Shown piece by piece: positions 27,001 to 35,500 of a DNA stretch of 64,000 bases. Origin of the DNA: Lama glama (lineage: Eukaryota). The notes under the pieces are model-generated. The model saw only the letters and a program-made list of their open reading frames with translations, searched no databases and was not told the origin of the DNA. Each line of letters starts with the position of its first letter. The first letter of the stretch is position 1. Made by a program: the position numbers and the translations under genes. Location of the stretch: NCBI GenBank assembly GCA_028534125.1, contig CM052818.1:44952001-45016000 (forward strand), given 5' to 3'.

Positions 27001-30000
27001 ATTTAGTTTTAGTCTTAGCACTAGTTTATCTAGCTTTAGTTGAATTAGTTCACATAGTGTCTTTCTTAGAACAAATGCTTGGGTTTATTAGGCATCATCA
27101 AATGTATGTATTTCTATACACACTAAAACATAGTACCCATAAATAGTCACCTAATCTTTCTTTTTTTTATTTTTTAATTTTGCCTTAGTGTCTTTCTTTG
27201 TTAACAACTGCATCATTACATTTTTTCCTTTAGCTTCTGTGACATTCTTGGTTTTGATTCTCCTCTTAACTCTGCTTCCCTTTTTCTGTAATGAAGTGTT
27301 TTAAAGGAATAATTAAGTAAGCGTTAGCTATTATTATATAAAAGCATTTTTGAGGGCATATTATAAAATGCCAGGCACTCCTCTGAGCGCTTTAACTGTA
27401 CTAACTTATTTATCCTCATAACCACCCAGTGGTTTAGCTATTCATGTCTCTATTTAGCAGATGAGGAAATTAAGGCACAGGAACATTGTGTGCCAAGGTC
27501 ACATAGCTAGTAAGAAGCAGAGCTGTGAGTTCAGACCCAGGTAGCATAATCCAGGTCCTGCATTCTCAGCTGTAATACTCCCCTGCCTCACAGTGATTCA
27601 AGTAGATGTTAATGAATTGACAGTCTATAAAATGTAATATGTAGAAATGGTATTCCAGAGGAATGTTTTCTTGGTAATTTTGAATAAAATACTCTGCTAG
27701 AAAAGTAAGAAATTTGTGAGTAAAATGTTGGCTTTTGATGACAGTTTGGAGAGATCCTAATTTGTTCCAATTAAAGACCCAAAATACTGGTCCCTGCTGA
27801 GGGCATTTCTTTTTAATTATTCTCCTTTAAAAGATCTTTTTTTTTTAACGTAATATTTAAGCCATGTAGAAAAATATAAAGCAGAAATGCAACAAATACT
27901 CATTTATCCAGTTTTAAAAAACAAAGCGTTGTCAACACAGTTAACTTAAGGATAGGGGAAGCTATTGTTTTATCATTATCTCATCTTTATTCTTTTCCAG
28001 TTCTAAATATTAGAAAGTAAATAATAATGTTATATACAAGTTAAAGTGTCAAAAATAAATCCATAAATGAAGTAGAATAGGTGAATATGTATCTGACCTT
28101 GGATTGGAGAAGAATTTCCTAAGAATAAAAGCAAAGAAAGAAAATAAAGTCAAAGATTAACTAACCAAAAATTAAAGCCTTGTAAATTTTAAAAACAGCA
28201 CATATTTTACCATATATATGAGGAAGATGGGTTAGTATCTTTGTGCATATAGTTCTTACATAAATCATTAATAAAAAGATTGACTCTTCCCAGCATAAAA
28301 ATTAGTGTGGAACGTGCAGGCATTACCATAAATATGAAAAAATGATCAACCTGATTATGAAGCAAAGAAATTAAAATTAAATTAAAACTATATTGTAAAA
28401 CCATTTTTATCTGCCAAACTGGTAAGGATTAAGAAACTTAGTGTTGGTGAGATGTAAAGAAATGGGTGTGCTCATGTGCTGCTGGTAACTCAAAAGTTAA
28501 ATGCTCCCTTCTGATGCAGTCTTTGGCAATAAGTTTGAGCAGCCTGAAGGGTATACCCATTGATCAATTAATGAAGGAGATAGACAATCAAGCAGATAAT
28601 TACAGTACTGTTTAATATGTTGTTTATTATGGAGGCATGAACAAATGTTATGGGGGAACAAAGGAAAGCATGGAGAATTCTGCCATTAAAGCATCAAGAA
28701 AGTTCTCCAAAAAATGGAGGATCAGTAATTTCCTAGGCAAAGAAATAAGGGAAAAGACAATTTTAGGCAAGATGTTGATGTACCAAGGCCCTGGTTGTCA
28801 GAATTACTTATGTGTTTGTAATGTTGTATTGGGTTAGGGTGGGGAGAGGGTATTGACATGAAGTGGTAGAAGGTGACACTGGAGAGAAAGCTCTGAGCCA
28901 GAATGAAAAGAAGCATGTTCACTGTGCTATAGGAGTTTTGATTTTGTTCTAACAGAAGTCTTTCAACAAGAGATTGGTTTATTTATACTTAATGAGATCC
29001 TGAACTAAAGTACTGACAGTGAAAATGGGCAGAAGGAACCAAGTTGAAGAAAGATTCCTCAAATTGAAATGACAAGAATTAGACGACTGGAAGGGATGAG
29101 GGAGAGGTTTTAGGGAAGTCTGGCGTGCATTACACTCACAGTCCAGTGATAAGATTTTTAAAATTTGAAGATTGTGATGTGGGCACACACACATGCTTCG
29201 AAGGTTTTGGAAGGATATGCAGATTTTTCATAAAGTGTGCTAATACTGGGGCTTGGACACCCAGGAAGGCCTGCTGATCTCAGTCTCCCAAGTAGTAGAG
29301 TTGACACCATAGCTAAAAGGTACTTTCTATGTAAGCCTAAGAAAGTAAGTGTGTACTAGGCTGATGTGTGTTAAGTGAATAAATAATTATATCTAAATTT
29401 GTATGTTTAGTCAAATACTCTGTATTTAGCACAGTTTGAAATAGAGTAATTTGAGTTGTTTTTCTTTTACTTTTAAATTAAGGTAATCATCCATCAACCT
29501 ATTCTTTCAGTGATTCTCAAAGTCAAGCAGCTACATCAGAATTCATCTCAGGTTTTTTATTTTAAAATACAAATACCTCCCTGCCTGCCGCCCCCCGTTT
29601 AAGTATATCAGACTCTCTTGGGTGAGGCCTGGGAGTATGCGTTATGTATAGCATTGGATAAATCATATACACTACATTTTAGGAACCACTGACACAGTGA
29701 CCACAGATGAGATTTGGGAACCAGGTAAGTTCCTTGGCACAAATGTATTCATGAACATCACAGTTATAAATAATTTTAAAAATTACTCCTGTTTTTATGG
29801 GAACTTATAAGAGTGGAAGTAATTGAAAATAGTCATTCTAAAGTGGACCACCGGGAGTCTGCAGAGACAATTCCCTGGACCAGGGAAAGGCTGGTGTCAC
29901 CAAGAACCACCCAGGGAGGTGGTCAGACAGAAAGATCCCCCGCCCCATCCTCAGGAATGCTGATTCAGTAAGTCCAGAATGAAACTGGAGGATCAATTTT

Positions 30001-32341
30001 TAACAGGCATTCCCGGGGATCTCTATGAGTAGCTAAATCTGGAAGCCACTAGACGGGGATCCCCAAGGTACAAATAAAAGAATTCCAAACAGTATCAAAG
30101 GCACCAGTTGAGACCAAAATGTAATAATTTGCAGTGAGACATATCTGTGATGTCTTGTCATTTCCTCACAACAATGGAAGAGAGAGAAAGTAGAATTATA
30201 AGGGTTAATGATCTACACAGTAACTGGGAGTGATAGTGGCATTGAGTTGCCGACCAAATCTCACCTTCTGATTCCATGGTTTAAAAACAATGATTAAAAC
30301 TAAAACACACAACACATAAAAAAATTACTCCTATTTTTTAAAATGAAAATGATTGTATTACTAGAGGATTGGATTCGAAAGGAAAGACCATATATACTCT
30401 ACTCTAAGTCCAATTTATTTGGTCAAGATAAGTTGCTAATGCTGCTTATCTACCTGTGGCTTTTCCCTTGTCTGTGGCTTTTCATGGAAGGCATAACTTT
30501 TGGTGGTCCACTGAGCAGGTAGAGTCCTGCTGGAATTGAGAAAGCTATGTTCTTAGTATTACTCTCCTTTCAGACTGGGATTTATAGTTATGTTCTGGGA
30601 AGATACGAGCTGACAATATGGACACTTTTGTGAAGGGAATGTTGAACTTTTATAGTTCTTAAATCAAACTGGGCATCAGGATGGTTACATCTTCACTGGG
30701 ACCCAGTGGGAAGAAGATTGTGTCTTATCCCTAAATATTATCTCTGTCCTCTGTTCTCTGGTATTCTGGAAAGTGTACGTGGCCAACATGATTATATGTA
30801 TTTGTGTATAAAGAGAAAGATTTCCCTGTGTGCATCCATCTTGATTTTAATTATGCTGTTATCAATGAAGGGAAAGTTAAAATGCTTACTTACAGCACAT
30901 TCGAAGTGTAATGTCTAGATCATAGCATATTAAACTGCTGTTTTGCAAGGGTATTAGTGTATAAATTTGCAAACCTCCTATTTCAGATTGCTTGATTTGG
31001 CATTTAAAGACTGGGATTGGTCATTTGATGATATTGATGGTGGTGATGATGATGGCGATGTTTTTGATTTCTGAAGAAGTAAATGGGGTAAATCAAAAAA
31101 TGAAAAATGAGTTGTTTTAGTATTTCCAAGTAGTGCATGTGGTTTGCACTTTGGGTTTTCATGCCTTTGACCAGTTTGAGATTTTATTAAGTTGTATTTG
31201 AGAGTATATATTTGAAAAGTGGTTTTCAAAAAAGTTTCTAACTAAAATTTCCATGTTAAGTATAGAAGTAAAATGCTATGTTCAGATTCTTTATTGGCTA
31301 TATATTTTCAATACAGTTGGGATTATAATTTTTTATCTTAGGAATGAAACATATAAAAATAACAAAAGGAGCTAATTCTGGTACTTTCTGTTCATTCCAA
31401 AGAAGCCATATTCAGAGAAGTAAAATTTACAGTGTTTTCAAGTTCCTACAGCTGTGTTAGTTTGTGAACATAGCATGGGGTTCCTTTCTCCCTCCATCCC
31501 TCCTCTTTCCTTCTTTCTAACTTGTAATAATTGAAACCATAAAAACTTTGTAAGTCTAATAAGTGCTGTGAAATAGCTGTTTCTGATTTGGCTTTTTTTT
31601 GTGATGTGAATGAATGTTTACTTTTTGAAAATTTAATGTTACTCTTGCTGGAGGATGCTAACGGTATGCTGTGAAAGCTCTTGTGCTTTTAGAAAATGTA
31701 ATTTGGTTAATAGTGGCTAAAGGAGATTTGAATGAAAATTGAACCTCATGGGTTAAACCTTTTACATGGAATGGATTTAAAAGAAGTAATGTCTATCTTA
31801 ACTTAAGTAACACGTTGCAAAATATATACTTAAATCATGTCATAATAGAATCTGTTTACAACCAGGATTTAGAATATTTACATATATTTACTACAACAGT
31901 GTGTTTGTTCCCATTTCATATATTTAAAAAATGTGGCATAGTGTCAGACAGACAGTCAGGTAGAACCCAGCCCATAAGTCCACTCTTCTTTCAGCTGCAT
32001 GGAGTAACTGGCAGTTAAAGCCCAAGTCAGACTTACATTCACATGAGTTAGTCAGTGACATATTATCTAACCCTAATAGCCAGTTAACTGTATAAAACTT
32101 GTGTGTCCTGTTTGTGACCAATATGAGAAAATATGAGCAAAAATGCAATTGCATGTACCTAAAACTAAGAAAAGTAATGCAGTAATATATCTCATGCATG
32201 ATTTAGGTGTTAAAAGTATAGTAGTTGGAAGACTACATAGTTTAATGACGTAAATGGAATGCCTTTTCAAAGAACTGATAACAATCTCTTAAATAATTTC
32301 ACTATATCAACTACCTTTATTTTCCTTTTCTTTCTAGCTAA
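1..32341 (+). CDS. ROCK2: Rho-associated coiled-coil kinase 2, 3' part (25 spliced exons; 5' end lies outside the window)
   Basis: All GT-AG and in frame: 1-58, 1504-1567, 2200-2211, 4618-4697, 4862-4910, 5478-5613, 5712-5803, 6025-6271, 6639-6745, 9180-9339, 11090-11250, 11616-11800, 13850-13919, 14642-14745, 14912-15098, 17035-17128, 17225-17319, 18111-18290, 18804-18972, 21181-21251, 22191-22279, 22737-22815, 24233-24494, 24582-24795, 32338-32341. Translation runs AFVGNQLPFIGFTYYRENL (hydrophobic motif), coiled coil, Rho-binding region (LKTQAVNKLAEIMNRK), split PH/C1 domain, then RQLAPNKPS*. Confidence 0.98.
932..1047. mobile_element. Short hAT-type DNA transposon remnant (MER81-like)
   Basis: Quasi-palindromic gtttgcccaggactgagggg...aaaatcccaggcaaac; family assigned from memory. 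Confidence 0.55.
1504..1567 (+). CDS. ROCK2: ROCK2 exon
   Basis: ttccttctag|G...GAA|gtatgt; LLSDSPPSCRENDSIQSRKNE. Confidence 0.95.
2200..2211 (+). CDS. ROCK2: ROCK2 12-nt microexon (ESQE)
   Basis: tttaaatag|GAAAGTCAAGAG|gtatgt; supplies ESQE between RKNE and IQKKLY. Confidence 0.93.
3058..3925 (-). mobile_element. LINE-1 3' fragment, antisense
   Basis: T-rich tail, then typical L1 3'UTR/ORF2-end antisense text (catccatgttgcagatggcaagatttcattc, ttgcatttccctaataattagtga). Confidence 0.85.
3935..4180 (-). mobile_element. Younger LINE-1 3' end, antisense
   Basis: tttattgaagtatagtcagtttaca...gttccctgtgctatacagta; closely similar to 23888-24140. Confidence 0.8.
4618..4697 (+). CDS. ROCK2: ROCK2 exon
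   Basis: ctgacag|ATT...AA|gtatgt; IQKKLYTLEEHLSTEIQAKEELEQKC. Confidence 0.95.
4862..4910 (+). CDS. ROCK2: ROCK2 exon
   Basis: ttttag|A...GAG|gtaaag; SVNTRLEKVAKELEEE. Confidence 0.95.
5478..5613 (+). CDS. ROCK2: ROCK2 exon
   Basis: tttcag|ATT...G|gtttgt; INLRKNVESALRQLEREKALLQHKNAEYQRKADHEADKKRNLEND. Confidence 0.95.
5712..5803 (+). CDS. ROCK2: ROCK2 exon
   Basis: tcatag|TT...CAA|gtaggt; NSLKDQLEDLKKRNQNSQISTEKVNQLQRQ. Confidence 0.95.
6025..6271 (+). CDS. ROCK2: ROCK2 exon
   Basis: aacag|CTG...G|gtatta; LDETNALLRTESDTAARLRK...SEIINDLQ. Confidence 0.95.
6639..6745 (+). CDS. ROCK2: ROCK2 exon
   Basis: ttttag|GT...AAG|gtaaaa; RISGLEEDLKNGK...FTDLEK. Confidence 0.95.
7528..7705. mobile_element. 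hAT-Charlie MER58A-like element
   Basis: caggggtcgacaaa...gtaaatattttaggctttgcaggccatatggtctctg...atgggcatggct. Confidence 0.65.
9180..9339 (+). CDS. ROCK2: ROCK2 exon
   Basis: taatag|GAG...G|gtatgc; EKNNMEIDMTYQLK...SEAMK. Confidence 0.95.
11090..11250 (+). CDS. ROCK2: ROCK2 exon
   Basis: caatag|AA...GAT|gtaagt; MEKKLLEERTLKQK...DVLNED. Confidence 0.95.
11616..11800 (+). CDS. ROCK2: ROCK2 exon
   Basis: ttttag|GTT...AA|gtaagt; VRNLTLKIEQETQKR...QNAELR. Confidence 0.95.
13850..13919 (+). CDS. ROCK2: ROCK2 exon
   Basis: ctacag|A...TCA|gtaagt; ERQDADGQMKELQDQLEAEQYFS. Confidence 0.95.
14642..14745 (+). CDS. ROCK2: ROCK2 exon
   Basis: ctgtag|ACC...AG|gtaaga; TLYKTQVRELKEECEEK...QELQDE. Confidence 0.95.
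14912..15098 (+). CDS. ROCK2: ROCK2 exon
   Basis: atatag|G...TCT|gtaagt; DSLAAQLEITLTKADSEQLARS...DATIAS. Confidence 0.95.
15520..16720 (+). mobile_element. Old LINE-1 (L1M-type) fragments
   Basis: Degenerate ORF2-end/3'UTR text (aacaagggattagtacccagaat, gaatggataaat, atgttgagtgaaag); boundaries approximate. Confidence 0.6.
17035..17128 (+). CDS. ROCK2: ROCK2 exon
   Basis: tcctag|CTT...C|gtatgt; LEETNRTLTSDVANLANEKEELNNKLKDAQE. Confidence 0.95.
17225..17319 (+). CDS. ROCK2: ROCK2 exon (Rho-binding region)
   Basis: tttcag|AA...CAA|gtgtgt; LSRLKDEEISAAAIKAQFEKQLLTERTLKTQ. Confidence 0.95.
18111..18290 (+). CDS. ROCK2: ROCK2 exon (Rho-binding region)
   Basis: tttaag|GCT...GCT|gtaaga; AVNKLAEIMNRKEPVKRG...ELNEMQA. 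Confidence 0.95.
18399..18735. mobile_element. Non-autonomous TcMar-Tigger element (Tigger2a-like)
   Basis: Terminal inverted repeats tagtaacctttccttatccaag ... cttggataagggagggactaccg, flanked by TA. Confidence 0.8.
18804..18972 (+). CDS. ROCK2: ROCK2 exon (exon 27 if the terminal exon is exon 33)
   Basis: ttgtag|CAA...CCAG|gtacag; QIAEESQIRIELQMTLDSKDSDIEQLRS...DDGFP. Confidence 0.95.
19325..19495 (+). CDS. ROCK2: ROCK2 alternative 171-nt cassette exon (muscle isoform ROCK2m, 'exon 27-prime')
   Basis: gttcag|TT...AATG|gtacag; symmetric phase 1-1; 57 codons VHITQSHTMESMSFTYQRSSTSLNIATKPSSSHMLLDSDSDSEEESVHYLPISSESN; position and length match the known ROCK2m insert as I recall it. Confidence 0.88.
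21181..21251 (+). CDS. ROCK2: ROCK2 exon (start of PH domain)
   Basis: tcatag|AA...AAG|gtaatt; SRLEGWLSLPVRNNTKKFGWVKK. Confidence 0.95.
21605..21810. mobile_element. ERVL-MaLR (MLT1-type) LTR fragment
   Basis: gttgccataacaaaatgccacagactg...aacagaaatttatttctcacagttctggaggctggaagtccaagatcagggtgccagc. Confidence 0.8.
21916..21999 (+). mobile_element. tRNA-derived SINE (camelid Vic-1-like)
   Basis: A box tagctcagtgg, B box ggttcaatccc, A tail; degenerate TSD taaaatatata/taaaatacgta. Confidence 0.8.
22191..22279 (+). CDS. ROCK2: ROCK2 exon (PH)
   Basis: taacag|TAT...GA|gtaagt; YVIVSSKKILFYDSEQDKEQSNPYMVLDI. Confidence 0.95.
22737..22815 (+). CDS. ROCK2: ROCK2 exon (PH)
   Basis: ttatag|C...CAG|gtaaac; KLFHVRPVTQTDVYRADAKEIPRIFQ. 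Confidence 0.95.
23888..24140 (-). mobile_element. LINE-1 3' end, antisense
   Basis: T tail, then tatagtcagtttacaatgttgtg...tgtgctatacagtataaacttg. Confidence 0.8.
24233..24494 (+). CDS. ROCK2: ROCK2 exon (C1 zinc finger)
   Basis: ttctag|ATT...G|gtaaat; ILYANEGES...HEFIPTLYHFPTNCEACMKPLWHMFKPPPALECRRCHIKCHKDH...APCK. Confidence 0.96.
24582..24795 (+). CDS. ROCK2: ROCK2 penultimate exon
   Basis: ttatag|TG...CCAAG|gtaata; YYDISSAKNLLLLANSTEEQQKWVSRLVKK...RQLAPNKP. Confidence 0.95.
26059..26120 (+). CDS. ROCK2: Candidate ROCK2 alternative cassette exon A (new C-terminus SSGPALRIILH*)
   Basis: T16-ag acceptor; donor ACA|gtaagt; in frame with the phase-2 donor at 24795; stop TGA 26090-26092; TGCATG at 26151-26156. 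Confidence 0.55.
27350..27590. mobile_element. MIR SINE
   Basis: MIR core cagatgaggaaattaaggcacag...ccaaggtcacatagctagtaag. Confidence 0.7.
30987..31074 (+). CDS. ROCK2: Candidate ROCK2 alternative exon B (acidic-aromatic C-terminus RLLDLAFKDWDWSFDDIDGGDDDGDVFDF*)
   Basis: ctcctatttcag| acceptor; 28 open codons in the ROCK2 frame; TGA 31072-31074; candidate donors gtaaat at 31079 and 31088; TGCATG at 31134-31139. Confidence 0.65.
32338..32341 (+). CDS. ROCK2: ROCK2 terminal exon coding part (last base of the Ser codon plus TAA)
   Basis: ttttccttttctttctag|CTAA completes AG|C TAA, giving the canonical ...PNKPS* end. Confidence 0.93.
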
Positions 32342-32458
32342 CTGCCTTCTGTGAATGCAGTCATTATTCAAGGTGATCATATTCTTCCAGTTGAAACAAG
32401 ACTGAAATATGATGGCCCCAAAGTTATTAAAAAGCTATATTTTCCTGAGAGACTGATA

Positions 32459-32484
32459 CACACACACACACACATATATATATA

Positions 32485-32529
<45 letters not shown>
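32459..32529. repeat. Compound microsatellite (CA)8(TA)5(TG)7(TA)15
   Basis: Read directly; in the ROCK2 3'UTR. Confidence 0.95.
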
Positions 32530-32531
<2 letters not shown>

Positions 32532-35500
32532 CCTGTATTCCTGCAATATAAATTATAAATCTTGGATAGATTTGTTGGGCTCCTTTGGAGCAGCAAGTTG
32601 AACCAACAGTGATTGGTTAGTAGAGTAAGAATATCATGTGCAACTCTTCCCAACTTGCTCCATGAAGCTCTCTTGGCAGTCACTCACACTACACGGACTG
32701 AGAAGAGTTAAAGTTGAAGAAATCATCCTTGCAGCTTCAACAGAGAGATTTCACCAGCAAACCTGCCAGAAGAATCTGGGAATGGATTCCACTACACTGA
32801 TAGAGACTGCATCTTCAAGAAGTGACCATTATACTGTGTGTGTGTGCGTGCGTGTGTGGATATGTATATCCTCACACACATGCACACATGCACACATATG
32901 TATAGTACTGTAATACTGCAAGAGGGTTTTTTTTTAACTTCCCACTTTATTTTTTTATAAACATTAATCAGATATCATTACTTACTGCAGTTGCAACTAT
33001 GCACTTGTATAAAGCCATAATGTTGGAGTTTATATCACTCATCTGTGTGTACCTGATGGAAGCTGCATGTTCATATTTAAGCAATTACTATAACAAGAAG
33101 TTTGAAGTTAATTATATCAGTTTCCTAATGCTTCATAGTAGGCAACTCTACCCGTTTTGAATGCCTTAATTTAATTTTTTTTCCAAAATCTCAACCCTTT
33201 TCTGTATTTAAAAAAAGAACAAGTGTTTACCAGCTCTTAGGATGCAAATTTGCTTTGCAGAAGAAAAATAGTGCACTATTTTTACACGTAATAGTTATCA
33301 ATGTCAGCCTATTTTGATTGTATAACAATTTTTTTTTAAGTATTGGTGATAGAAACAGTAATAGATAGTATTGGAACTAATATATCTTTTATGTATATCT
33401 ATTATTCATCCAGCCTTTTTTACAGACCTCAGTATTAGTGTGTGACTATGAAACATTTTCTTTGCTTTTAATTTACTGGCTACCCTAGGTGTGTTTTTAT
33501 TTCTGATAAAGACATTTGTGACTATTTTTACATTTTCACATTCAAGATTCAAAAAATTATCTCGAATTTAAAAAAATGAAGACATACTGTAGATATATTT
33601 TAAATATTTAAATGTGATCCATTAAACACACAGCTGTGTATGGCAATATTTCAGTACTGGGTTAAGAAAACTGGTGACTGGGAAGAAGTGGCCTTAGAGG
33701 CACTTAACTTTATTTTTATTTTTTTAAATGCTGTTAAAGTTACAGTTTATGCAGGACTATTCCTGCTATATTTCTCATTCCAGAAAAGTATATGTTTTAT
33801 ACTGCTACAGTATGCATCGGTGATAAGAATCAAGTAAAAAATGATGTAGTGTTTTATCAGTCTCTCTTTATACACATTCAACTACAGAGTTTGGTGTGAT
33901 AATGAAATATATCATCTAATATTTCAATGAAGGAAGTAGACATTTTTCATTGATTCCTTCTGGGGTCAGTGCAGAAGTGTTTAAAGAGTTGGATCCCCAA
34001 TTATAGATACTGTTGTGGAAATTGAAGAGTGGCCTTTGGCTACGGATGTACTGAAACTGAATCTTGTTATTACATTTTCCAGTCTGCACTCTTTCATGCT
34101 GTCTGTGCTGAAACTAGATATGCATGCCATTTCCCTTGCAGGTATGTTCTGGTTTTGGGGGCACAGCTTTTTTTTTTTTAAGTGAAATTAAAAAGTGAAA
34201 AATATATAAAATTTATATAGAATAAATATTTCCATTCATTAGACTTGTTAAAAGGAGACTGAATTAATATTTTATATAAAGATTTTGTTACACTATGGGA
34301 GGTTCTATCATATTATTCTGAATTGGAGAGTATATATATATATATTTTTAATAAACTTTATTAAGGTGAAATAATTTGAAGTTTACACATGAGTAATTGA
34401 AATATTTGAGTAAACATGGCAAAAGTTTAAATTCTGAATGCTGTATATATTAGGGAATATGGAGAATGATGGTGTGATGCAACTATACAGGGAAAATTAA
34501 TGTGAAGTTTTTTTGGGGGAAAAAATTACTCTAAGGGGCAAAAAAAAAATCTCTCCATGGAGATTCTTCACATTATATGGTTTGAAATAAGGATTTATAA
34601 GGTTGTTTGTCCAACTAATGGAAATGCGCTTAATAAAAAATTCTGACCTTGGGTAAGAATTTGCTTTATACTCTGTTGCTGGTTTCATATACGTACACGA
34701 GTGCATGCACCATCCAAATGCTCTCTTCCCACCGCTCACTAAAGATGACGTTGACTTGGTTGAAAAACCTAATTTTGTGCCAGCTTCTCTTTTTCTTGAG
34801 GCTCCAAAGCTTCCAAGATAAATGTAAGACCAAAAGTTGCTAATGTCCTCACACCTGATTTCTCCTAGAGCCATAAATACCTCCTTTTGAGAACTAAGTA
34901 GTGATACTGGGATTTTCTCAGTTGGATTTTTTACTTTTGTGGGAATAATGAGAGTAGAGGGAAAACCGGTGCCAGGATTACTGTTAAGAATTAATGTACA
35001 GTGCATTTTTGAAAAGTATTAATTAAAAAAATTTATCTAGAAGCAAGATTTTTTAAAAAAATCTATCTGAAAGTTTAAAATGCTCTCACTAAAGGATAAG
35101 TATACCAATAAATCTAAAGTAAAGGTTAGTGTTTTTAGAACTAACCGACGCTAGAGTTACACCATTCTGTTGCCGACGGGTCTCCTTTATACCAGTTTAT
35201 CTGTAGATCCTCAAGAAGAAACTCTAGGTTGCCAAATGACAATTTCAGAAGTTATGCTGCTGCTGTTAATCTATTCTTCCAGGATTCGGGTGGTAAATAG
35301 AGAAACTTAGACACTATATTACCTTATTGAAACATGCTTTAAATAACATGTTTCTAAAATCTGACGTGGGCAAGTCACTTCGGAGTTTCTCAGCCTGTGT
35401 CGTCACTGCTACTGACTCAGCTCTCCTCCCGTGGAGTAAGACTTCAGTTTCCCTGTGTTGTGAAGATACCATAGTTGGTTTGTAAAGCACTTTGAAGATA

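Noticed and set aside
31995..32007. Acceptor-like tcttctttcag| giving KPSCME*, considered as a prenylation signal
   Set aside because: Cys is at -3, not -4, so it is not CaaX; no convincing donor; the site overlaps a TGCATG better explained as an RBFOX motif.
32339..32345. Stop-codon readthrough context at the ROCK2 stop
   Set aside because: The context is TAA CTG, not the TGA CTAG readthrough motif.
34497..35006. 169-aa ORF on -
   Set aside because: Antisense to the ROCK2 3'UTR, no recognisable homology or splice context; treated as chance unless PhyloCSF says otherwise.
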